A model generated the notes under the pieces. It was given only the letters and a program-made list of their open reading frames with translations. It ran no database searches and was not told the DNA's origin. A stretch of 64,000 bases of DNA, taken from positions 22,355,844-22,419,843 of the forward strand of contig OZ316893.1 of the NCBI GenBank assembly GCA_973895155.1, written 5' to 3'. Origin of the DNA: Marsupella aquatica (Eukaryota > Plantae > Marchantiophyta). A program made the translations under genes and the position numbers. This document shows positions 10,349 through 21,642 of this stretch, piece by piece; the first letter of the stretch is position 1; each line of letters begins with the position of its first letter.

Positions 10349-13243
10349 ATGACTGACCTTACGCCGAGGGAAGAAAGAGTGATTCAATGGGAGAGAGCTC
10401 GACTGCAGCAGCTCGCCAGGTGGCATGATACACAACGACTGAGAGGGGCAGAAAGAGCTGGTAGCTCCGAAACTGGAAGTGGCGTCGAAGAAGACATACC
10501 AGAAGAAGAGTCGGTAAGGAGAAGTGAGTCTCCAACCGACATGGGGGAACCAAAGGCACGGCCAGACGAGAGGCCAGGGACCAGACTGAGCCAGCGGTCG
10601 TGCATACATTACAAGGCATTTCATGGGAGAGGAGATGAGGATCCGGACGAATAGTTGGATGATTTCGAGGGAACCGCTGCAGCAAATGGAGAATCGGCCA
10701 TCAAGATGCAGATTCTTCCCGGCCTGTTCAAGGGTGAGGCTAGGCCTTGGTACAGAGCATTAGATGTGGAAGATCAAGCCATCTGGGATATCTTCAAAAC
10801 ACTCTTTGTTAAGGAGTTTTGACCCATTGGAACTTCAGAACTAGCAGTGCTGAAGTTGGGACGACTTCGGTTCAACGAGAACAAATCCTTCAGGAAGTTC
10901 TTGCAACGCTTTCAGAAACTGGTAAGACGTACAAAGACCAATGCATCTGAAGGTATGCAACTTCAATGGTTGGTGAATGCTTTGCCACAGAAGATGAGTT
11001 TTGCAATTAGGAAGGAGAACCCGGAGACTTTAGCCAATGCAATTAAGGATATTCAATTATACATTAATGCAGATATCACAAGCCGGAAGAAACAGCTTAA
11101 GTCTGAGAGTTCCTCATCGGAGGAGGGATCACCCCATAAGAAAAAAGATAAGAAGAAGAAACATTCTAAGAAGTCAAGAAGTGATAACTCAAGCTCAGAT
11201 AGTGGAAGTAGCAAGAGTGAGTCATCTTCTAGTTCTGAAGAAGAAAAAACTAGGAAAAGGAAGGGCAGAAGGAGAGGGAGAAGGAGAGGAGAAGGAGAAG
11301 TATGGTGTGCCTTATGTTATAAAACCGGACACCATAAAGATGCGTGTCCTAAGCTTAATACTAATCATGTTCGGCATGTGGCCGAGATCAGACCATGTCA
11401 GGGAGAAGTAGAGTACTTTTTAGGAGATGCCGCTGATAGTGTTTTCGGCATCAGTGAGACTGGAGCACGAGACCTATCCAACAGACCTGCATCTCTATGG
11501 TCAGGGTTAAGGAACAATCCAGGAGAGATGTATCCTCGGATTATTCAGAACCCGTCAGTACCTCCTAGGCCGAATGTGCAAAGATTTGCGGCATGCTATA
11601 ATTGTGGTCAACCTGGCCATTTTGCTAGAGAATGCCCGAATGCACGCAAACAGGGTGATGGACAACCAACTCAGCTATGTATGGGATGCCGACAGGAAGG
11701 TCATATGCTAGGGCAATGTCCTACTTGGTTGGCAGGCCTGGCCGCAAATCATAAACTTTTGCCGGTCAAGATCTTACCGCCAGGTACTACCCCCGGAGGA
11801 GTTCAAATCAACCACATCAAACTAGGATGGCAAGAGGATGCCGAGGCAGAGTTCGTACCATCTGATGATGAGGCCGAAGCCCTATCAACCTTCTCAGAAG
11901 AGGATTTAGATCATGATTGCTACCGGGTCTCTACTCGATCTACCAGAAGGAAGGAAAGGTGGGATGGGCTGGCCAAAAATAAAGGGAAGGTTACGGAGGA
12001 AAAGATCAACTCTTCGTCAACATCAACGGAAGGAGAAGGGAGGGCTCCGGCAATACAGGTAAGCCATGAGCCCACCAGTGAACCCAATCCTTCACAAGAT
12101 AGCGACTTCAATCGAGATCATCCTAAGTTGTTCTACCCCTCTGTTACGGCTAGTGTTAAGGAACAACTAAGAGAATTAGAAACCCTGGAGAATACCGAAG
12201 CCATTGCCAAGGATGTAAAACGAGCAAAAGCATTGTTTGCTTCGGAGGACCCAACAGCTGTGGAGACTAGCGTGGCAAAACTGGCCGAATCCAAGACGGA
12301 GACACCACCAGAGGAGAAGCCGATTGTTCCCTATGACCTGGCTAAAGATGTACTAGAATCTAGAGTCTCAGCAACAGTAGGTCAACTATTGAAAAATAGC
12401 CCGTACTTCCGGAAGCAATTAAGGAAGGCTATTCTCGGCAAGCCGAGATTACCCAAGGTAGCAACCAGATCCGACGTACTAATGATAGAAGAAGATCAAG
12501 GAGCCCCAGCATTACCATTAATGATTCAAGGAGAATTATTACTACGGGTACCCATCGATGGAGGATCAGGGGTATGTATTATGATTGATTCAACAGCAAA
12601 AGGGTGGGGTCTAACACCGGAGATGACTAGAAGAGTGTTGAACATGGCCAATGGATATCAGGTCATTCCCACGGGAGTGTTAACCGGCATCAAGACAGAG
12701 ATAGGAGGTATCTTCTTTAGCATTAACTATGTAGTAATGAAGCCGGTAAATCCTACGTCATTCCGGCTATTGATTGGTAGGCCATGGCTGTACCTAGCCG
12801 AGGTAATAGAAGATTGGGATAAAAAGCAGTTCACTTTTGGGACCCCCTCTATCACGGTATCCTGGGACACTAAGGATGACCGTAGGAAAAGCATAAGGGA
12901 AGTAGATGGGTACGACAGTGGACTGGAGTCAGCCGATGAAGTACGTTGGTTAGAATGCCTCACTGACCTAACCGAAGAAAGTGTCTTTGGACCAGAGGTA
13001 CCCCCCAGCGGATTATGGCAAGAACCAATGGAAGGTGACTTGGAAGAAGAAGACGAAGAGGTCGATGACTGCTTTACAATAGAATCCACCTTTTTAGCTG
13101 CAATTCCGGAGGAAGTAAAGGATGTAGACCAATTGGATGAAATGGCTAAGGGGGGAGCAGTAGCAGGGACAGTGGATTTTCTGCAGGCGTTGTGGCAGAG
13201 CCAGCAGGGTTCACAATGCCATCGATCATCGGCAAGGAATTAA
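10349..13243 (+). pseudogene. gag: gag-protease
   Basis: In-frame stops at 10652 and ~10820. Three CCHC knuckles (CALCYKTGHHKDAC, CYNCGQPGHFAREC, CMGCRQEGHMLGQC); protease IDGGS...LLIGRPWL. Confidence 0.9.
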
Positions 13244-16200
13244 ATACCAAGGGATCGGCATACAAGCCGATTACGAGGGCAGAACAAATTGAGGCCCTAT
13301 TAGAAGCCGGGAGAGCACAGCGGCCTGACTCTCAGGAGCAAGAGGTGGATGAGATGGACAGACACAATCCAGAGCCAAGGCAGGAAGGGGAGCCGACCAC
13401 CAATTCAAAACCGAATAGACCGGCAAGGGGACAATCTATGGACACCAAGGAAGGGACCGACTCGGCTAGTCCAGCCAAGATTCCAGTTTATGGAGGTATG
13501 AGATTGGAGCCTAGACTGGAAGCCAAACTGGACCCGAATTTGAAGAAGCAGATTAATATGATCCAAGCACGGCAATATCGGAAGCTCGACTTAGGAGAGG
13601 GAAGAGAACTGAACTTAGGGAGAAACCTAGCACCTGAGCTCGAGAAAGAGATCAGTGACTTATTGATTGAATTTCAGGATGTGTTTGCATGGAGTCACCA
13701 AGATCTAAAGGGAGTAGATCCAACACTAGGGGAACATCGAATTGATCTCATGTTAGGAGCCAAATCATTTCGACAACCAATTCGAAGGATGAACCCGAAG
13801 TATTCCCTGCTGGTCAAAACGGAAATCGACAAACTAGTGGAAGCTGGATTCATCACTCCAGTCCTGCATTCAGACTGGGTGTCTCCAATTGTGATAGTTC
13901 CCAAGAAAGCTGGACCCGATGGTAAACCCAAGATCCGGGTTTGTCAGGATTACAGGAAGCTGAATGAAGCAACATTAAAAGACCATTTTCCTTTACCGTT
14001 TACTGATATGGTACTAGACATGGTAGCCAGTCATGAACTATATTCATTCATGGATGGGTACTCTGGTTATAACCAAATCAGGATTCGGCAGGAAGACCAA
14101 ATCAAGACGGCCTTCATCACGGAATGGGGGATCTATGTCTTCAATCGTATGTCGTTTGGACTCTGCAACGCACCAGCTATGTTTCAATGATTAATGGTGA
14201 ACATTTTTCATGATTACTTGAGAAAGTTCATGGAAATCTTCATTGATGACTTTGCAGTATTCGGGAAGGCATCGAAACATGCTAAATACCTCAGGAAAAC
14301 CTTCATGAGATGTAGAGAGGTGGGTCTCAAGTTACACCCAGATAAATGTTTCTTTGCAGTAACCGAGGGGGTGCTACTAGGTCACAAGGTATCAAGGAAG
14401 GGCATTGAGATTGACAAAGGTAAGCTAGCAGTATGGCTAGATATCATGCAACCTAAGAACATAAAGGATGTAAGATCCTTCTTGGGATGCATTGGTTACT
14501 ATCGCCAGTTCATCAAGGATTTTGCCAAGCTAGCTTTACCATTAACTAACATGCTCAAGGCAGGAGCAGACTTCGAACCCACACCCGAACGAGTCACAGC
14601 GGTGGTAGAATTGAAGCAGATGTTAGTAGAGGCCCCAGTCATGATAGCACCAGACTGGAACAAAGATTTTCATGTTTTTGTAGATGTCTCGGGCTTCTGT
14701 ATCGGCTCAGTACTAAGTCAGTTGGATGAGAAAGGAAGGGACCATCCCATATACTTCGCAAGCCGTCAGCTTGCCGATGCCGAACGGAACTACTCCACCA
14801 CAGAGAGAGAAGCATTAGGAGTCATTTATTCTTGTAAAAAGTTTAGGCATTATTTACTAGGGTACAAGGTAATCTTTCATACCGATCATGAAAGTTTGAA
14901 GTACCTAGTCAATAAGCCGGACCTTACAGGCAGAGTAGCAAGATGGATTTTGCTATTACAGGAGTTTGACTATGAGCTGAGGGTCAAGCCGGGAAAGTTA
15001 CACGCCAATGCCGACTTCTTTTCAAGGATCACAGGTGAACCTGCCACGGATTGCATTGATGATTGATTCCCCGACGAGGAGCTATTCGTTGTGGAAATAG
15101 CTGATACATGGTACCCTGAGATTTTACAATTTCTCAGCACTTCCAGATTATAGCCAGGATTAAGCCGAGAGCAAGCCGCAGTCTTTGTGCGGAAGGTCAG
15201 ACATTATCAGTGCATTAAAGGCATACTGCACAAGCATGGAATCAACGGCACGATTCAAAGGTGTTTGGAAAAGGGAGAGGTAAAACGAGTCCTACGGGCC
15301 ATGCATGGAGAGGAGGCCGGAGGACATTTTGCCCCAGTAACCACGTCTAAGAAGATATTAAATGTCGATTACTGGTGGCCCACCTTGCACAAGGATGTCT
15401 ATCAGTTTATCAAACAATGCGATCCTTGTCAACGAGCGGGAGGACCAAGGGCGTCCACCAGACATCCACTGCACCCTATTCTACCTCTGGCACCATTCGA
15501 GAAGTGGGGTATTGATTACATTGGACCTCTGAAACCACTGACCCACCCTCGACGGAACAAGTACATAATCCTGGCTACGGATTATGCAACTAAATGGGTA
15601 GAGGCCAGACCAACAACGAAGGATGATGCAATTACTACAGCTAGATTCATGTATGAGCAGATCTTCACCAGGTATGGAGCACCCCTAGAATTAGTTAGTG
15701 ATAGAGGAACCCATTTTTTGAATGATATAATTAGTCGTTTAAATGAGCAGTATTTAGTTAAACATAGGCCTACTACTCCCTACCATCCAAAGGCAAATGG
15801 GTTGACAGAACGAGCAAACAGAATTATAGGAAAGATATTGAACAAGGCAGTAGCTCAGAACAAACTCGATTGGGATGATAAATTGTTTGCTGCTGTTTTT
15901 GCTTACAATCTTGCCTATAAATCCACTACCGGTCATACACCCTTCTTCTTAACCTTTGGACAAGAAGCCCTGGTACCCATGCAACTTGAGATACTGACAT
16001 TTCAAGTTACAATTGAGGAAAGAGCCTCAGCGGAGGAGAGCCTAAAGGAGCGAGAATATAGGTTAGAAGCTTTAGAGGAGGCGAGAATGATTTCAGCCGA
16101 GAGAGTAGAATATAGAAAGAATATCATGAAGCAGCAGTATGATAAAAAGTTGAAAGTAGTTAGTATTCACACCGGTGATCTTGTGCTACTTTATGACAGT

Positions 16201-16419
16201 AGGTATAGTAGGTTTCCAGGAAAGCTTTTCACTCGCTGGTTAGGACCCTTTAGAGTAACCATGATGTTCCCCAATGGCTCCGTACAATTGGCCAACATTA
16301 CGGGAGAGGTATATCCAGTTCGCATCCATTATGACCGCCTCAAGAAATACTATATGGACGAAGATGAAGTTGTTCGCGAGGACGCTTCACAATTAAGTGG
16401 GGAGCTATGTGATGCCTAG
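13192..16419 (+). pseudogene. pol: pol: RT, RNase H, integrase
   Basis: DYRKLN, MDGYSGY, FGLCNAP, FIDDF; RNase H DVSG...EREAL...TDH; integrase H-H-C-C, WGIDY, SDRG, NGLTER, GPF. Stops at 14188, 15064 and ~15150. Confidence 0.95.
16391..16407 (+). promoter_or_regulatory. Polypurine tract
   Basis: AATTAAGTGGGGAGCTA directly before the 3' LTR; a near-identical tract occurs in the second gypsy element. Confidence 0.75.
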
Positions 16420-17170
16420 ACAGGAATCACTCGGCCAGTTAAGTGGGTAAAGCAGGAAGGCACCCTAGGAACACCTTAGTATAGGGACAAAACAAGGAAA
16501 ACATAAACAATTAGGGGCAACCATGGAACCCGGGCCGAGGCCGGAGGTAAGGATGCTGAGGGTGAAAACTCGATTAGGGTTAGGGCGCGTTAAGCGTCGG
16601 CAGCTAGGAAGGATCAACGGGAAGAAGGACCGGCAGAGGAGAGGGGTAAGGAGCGCTTGCAGGAGATGGTGGCTCATTTGCGAGCACAAACTAGGCAGAC
16701 GACTACGGGAGGCCAACTACTGTCAGCTGCTTAGGCAAGCACTCGGGGAGAGAGTAGATACCGACGATCGACCTAAGGAGGGTATGAGCAACGTCAATCA
16801 AGCGGCACATTTCTGGGGATGCCTGTTCGAACGGGCAACTGAGTACATCAAGACTTACGAGGACGAGGAATCAGAAAGGGCAGCTCGAGAATGGCAGGAG
16901 CTCGCTCGATTGTGGGAGCTGCAGAAGACGGCTTTCTTAGGAGGCGAACTCATCAAGGACGAGTTCCTGTGGACGCCTACTTCCAATCAACTCGACAATC
17001 TTCTGTTTTGCAAAGACAGCATCGTCGGCATCCGAGAGGCCATCAAGAACTGCAACGACATACACTGGGAATTAAAGGGTAGCACGGAAAGGTGGACCCA
17101 GGCAACGGTGCTAGGAGAAACCTCCACGGCAACAGAGATGAAGAGGAAGGGAGCCATGGGACGCACCACA
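16408..17170 (+). repeat. 3' LTR, containing an open frame from 16523 to the LTR end
   Basis: Direct repeat of 9518-10279. Confidence 0.95.
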
Positions 17171-20100
17171 CCCCTCCAAAAGCAAGGTACTACACATCAA
17201 ATCCAAACACAAAGATTAGCCTAATGAAGGGGTTTAATATTATCCTAACAAAAGGTATAATGTTCTACTAATAAAACCTCTACATACACCCATAATCCCC
17301 TATAAAGAAATGAAACAAAAGGCTTTCACCCGAAATGGTTCATACAAAAACTTCTTGTAGTATTTTCTTGATCCTATATTACATATCATAGTATTGAGTT
17401 CCCATCACCACAACGTAACCACCCCTAAAACACCAAGACTCTATACACAATTGCATCATTCATTAATTAGAGCCCAATATATTAAGCATGCAAGACCATA
17501 GCTTATCAAAAAAATTACATAGTCCGGTACAAACCCCAAAATTTGTTCTCCGCAACAAAGAAACTTGCAAGAGGTCCCTCTACATGCATGACACGTTCAC
17601 TGTCCCGTTCACATATGTAGAGCCCTACAAAACGCGGATTCAAATATGAAAGCAAATAATAACTCCAACCATGTGCCCTTACCCCATACAAAACCTAAAT
17701 ATCCTAAATTATACTCTAAACCCTCCAATCCCATACCCAACCCAAATTCAAAACATTATATTGGACCCCCTTTGGGAAAGCCAAGAGGTATCCGATATAA
17801 CTTCATGAGGGGTCCGATGCAATAGGAAACGGGCCACACTTGGTAAATACACGGCCACAAGAAAAGGACGAGGGGTCTGAAGCAGATAGTTTTGGAAAGT
17901 CTGATTGCGTGTCCGATACCTTTGGTTTCGCAAAGTTCGAAACAAAAAGAATCGGAAGCAGCAGGTTTTGTTTCAGAAAAAAGAACCGATGCAGGTGCGA
18001 AGACCCGCGCGTCGGGCCCCGTTTCGCACTTGGTGTTTTTCAAATTTTTTGAAGCTGGATCAAGGAGGAGAGCTTGAAGGAGGAGGAGAGATGGAGGGGG
18101 GCGGGGGATCAGGTGGTGGTGGAGAGCAAAGGGGACCGTCCCAGCCATACAATGAAGTTATGAGGGACATTTTTGTGGCCAAGGCAGGGCTGAGTGTGGA
18201 GGACGCAGAGAGAGTAGTCCCACTCCTCCAAACGCTGATTGATGCCTCTTGGCGTGAGGCAGAGAAGACTGCTGCTGCAAGCATTGCAAGTGAGAAGGAG
18301 GCAAAGAAGAGGAAGAAAGAGGCAAAGAGAGGCAAGGGGGATGTAGAGGAGACACTGTCTCCAAGAAAACAAGAGAAAAAGCTTCGAAAAGAAGCTAGGG
18401 CAATTGAGAAGGTGCGATTGGAGGAGCAGAGGCAAAAGGAGGCAGAGAGAGCTCTCAGGCCTGAGCTAGCTCTCAATTCGGGTGGTGGTCCATTGCCTAA
18501 GAGCTACCATCTATTCCGAAGCCAATTCAAGCAGGTGCTGAGGGCCAATTTGGGGCCATTGGATTACTGGGGCAAGAAGAAGGAGGAAGAGAGATTGAGA
18601 ATCAGAGAGCAGGTGAAGGAACGGTTCAGGAACGGGGCCTACATTGATGACAGGTTCCTAAACAAATGAATTTCAGCATCACTCTCAGACATGCGCAATC
18701 ATCAGCGAGAGAAATTCAGAAAGTACCTTGGAGATATGGCAGTGGATGCAGAGGTGATCAGGGAGGAGGGTTGTCCAGACGATGTTTCCCCGGATGAGTG
18801 GGCGGCTTGGCTTGAGGAGGAACTCTCAGTCCGTGCCTGGCTGAAAAGAAGACATTGGGACAACGAAATTAGGCTGGCAGAGGAGAAGCGAAAGGCTGGG
18901 GAGAATGTTGATATCCTCCCCCTTCAACAGAACCTGCAACAATGGGCAGCTCAGGCAGCAAGACTCCCCAAACCACCAAGATCACTATATTCATTAAAAC
19001 TGAAATTATAAAGGATATAGGGAAATTTGGCGATTTAAAAACATAGTTTTAGGCATGAAAATTGTAAATTTGGAAGATGAAAAATGAAAATTCAAGCATC
19101 ATTAAATGTAAATTTCGGGACAAAAAAATGAAATTTTGGGAAAGTAAAATATTAAATTGGATGATATTAAAAAACATTTGGGTGATAAAAGTGTTCATTT
19201 GGTTGGAAAATAGATAGAATCTAGTAATAACATATAAGCTTGGATAGCATCTATATTCAAAACATTTAGCTTGAGTAAGATATCTAACTAAGCACCAATA
19301 CAATGGAATGACTATAGTGTCTAGACAAAGTTAACTAGGATGATATCCAACCTACTAGAAGGAATGAAATGGCATCATTTTCTAGAATTAAAATATACTA
19401 AGACAAATAAAATAATAATTATAAGAAAGTCCATTCAATAGCTTTGAGAGATCATAGAGTATTAATTTGATTGTCTTGTTCTCTCACTTTAGACAAACGC
19501 ATGGAAATCAACTCGACCCTCTTAATCACAAGTCATTTGAGTGGAGACTTGTAACCTACGAGTTCTATCAATCTACTCATCAATTATACCTTCCATGTAA
19601 ATTTTGAGAGTTTTCAAAACATTCTTAGGAATTGTCAAACCTCTATCCATAATATTTTGTTCTTTAGCACCTGACTTAAACCCATACATTGCAGAATTTG
19701 CAAACTGCCAACTTTGAGTAACATTGTCAAACCCAGGATCCAGCTCCCAAGTCTTAGTGGTTTGAAAGCAACGTTCATATCGAACATCATCCTTTGCATC
19801 ATGCTTACCATGTTTAGGCCTCCACCATTGTACTTGGAACATAGGAGCATTCCTAAGAGGAATGCTCTCAACAGACGTTGAAGAAGACCCTTCAATATGT
19901 TGCAAATCTGTTGAGGGAACCTCATGGTTTGGATCCACACCACCCAAAGCTCGAACCAACCAGAAACGCCCTTTGCCATTTTCCTGTTCCCATTCATCCT
20001 CTGGACGTAAAAATACAAAGTGACCTTCTTGAATATCTTGTAGAGGAATCCAACGTGCAGGTTCTCGCTCTTATCGTGCACCAACAAAGGGTGCAGCTTG

Positions 20101-21642
20101 ATCTTCCATCTCTTCCATGTACTCATTTTGAAGGTCCATCATCTCTGGATTTTGAGAAGGTTCACACAAGGAAGTTTTGGTGCTCACCTAGGTAGGCAAA
20201 CACTAAGTAACCAGGGAAAATACAAGATAGAAGATAATTTTGCCGAGTTTCATGTTGGTGTAACCTGGTACCTACCTGAAGGTAGGGATATGCAAACAAC
20301 CAAAATGGGACTATTGTGGCGATTCCTAAAATACCGATGTATACAAAGTGGATAGCTGGTAGTTCATAGATTCACCACCATAGCATGGATGTCCAGAAAT
20401 TCACAAATGTGCAAGAATTGGGTTAATGTAGGACAATGGAAAACTCCAATGATAAGTTTGGAGTTAAATTTTCAAATAATTTAAGCCAATTTCTTATCGG
20501 TAACCTAACCTAACACAAGGACACTACACCTTATGAACTTCTTCGTTCCACTGCTGATGTTCATAGACCAGCTCCTGTTCAGTAGGTGGTCGAGTGCTTC
20601 TTTTGCTTGGGATTTGCTTCGACATTTTGCTGGCATCAGAGTGCTGGTTACATTCTAGATTGCACTATGCTTCAATCACCGTTGATGCTGGTGCTACGTG
20701 GTCTACTCGCTTGCTCAGCATAATCATTTTCTTGTTCACGTTTTTGGACCTTATCCTCCATAGCCCGCAGGCTCCATGCGCTCCGTCCTTTGCTCTCATG
20801 CGCTCCGTCGCTACTCTCGATGTCAGAGCCAATGTCTGCTCGACACATCAAGAAATGAAGAAAACTAACTGTCTTGGCGACCATGATCGTGACCATAACG
20901 ACAAGCTTGCGGTTACCTCGATCCCTGCCTGAGGATCCGATCCAATGTCTGCTCGACACGCCAAAGAGATGACGAAACACAAACTGATCGACTAGCCAAG
21001 AGCTCATCAGGACCCGACTCGAGACTTCCATTTGCGCCACTCTCTGTTTGAATTCAAACTTTGAATTCGTCGTCCTCTCTATTTAAGACGATCGATACTC
21101 TCCTGTGGATTCATTCTGCTCTCTCTCGCATTGGAATTGCATTTCAGGATTCTCGAGCTCCTTGCAATTTTACAGTTCACCTATCTTCTTAGCGTTCAGC
21201 TCGATCAAGACTCAATCGTTGAGAGCCTGTATCTCGTCGTTGATGTTCGTGGCGAATTGAGCTCAATTCGTTGTGGGTGTCAGTTCTTCGTAGATATTTT
21301 GGGCGAATTGCGAGGAGATTCAGAGGAGGAATTGTTACTTGCTCCGAGGAGATGGCACCCAAGGATGTAGCAGTCGCAGCGACTGAAGGCGCTACGGGAG
21401 CGAAGAAGGGTCGAGGCATGCCGAAGGCTGTGAAGAGGCATCCCGCATTGAAGGAGGTCGGTGGAGCAGATGTAGTGGGATCGAAGAAGAAGCACAGAGT
21501 TTGTTTAGTGAATATAATAATTATGCAACAAAGGATTAATACAGCTCTTACTATGAACTACGTGAGTCCAACTAACATAATAAATTACCTGATCATAACC
21601 TGCCTTTGGCTAAGCACTAGAATAATCAGATTGCCAATCATG

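Larger units (their letters stand above)
9518..17170 (+). mobile_element. Full-length Ty3/gypsy (non-chromovirus type) LTR retrotransposon
   Basis: Two ~762-bp LTRs TGTG...CACA; TSD CCCCT at 9513-9517 and 17171-17175; PBS and PPT present; domain order gag-PR-RT-RH-IN; no chromodomain seen. Confidence 0.97.
9056..17430 (+). repeat. About 370-bp tandem duplication in element A; the second copy is split by the gypsy insertion
   Basis: GGACATCATACCTCCTGGATGC at ~9057 and ~9425. Copy 2 breaks at ACCACCCCT (9517) and resumes CCAAAAGCAAGGTAC at 17176, matching copy 1. Confidence 0.8.

Noticed and set aside
20522-20540. CACTACACC as a possible CACTA terminus
   Set aside because: No matching inverted partner or TSD found; the real boundary is at 20165.
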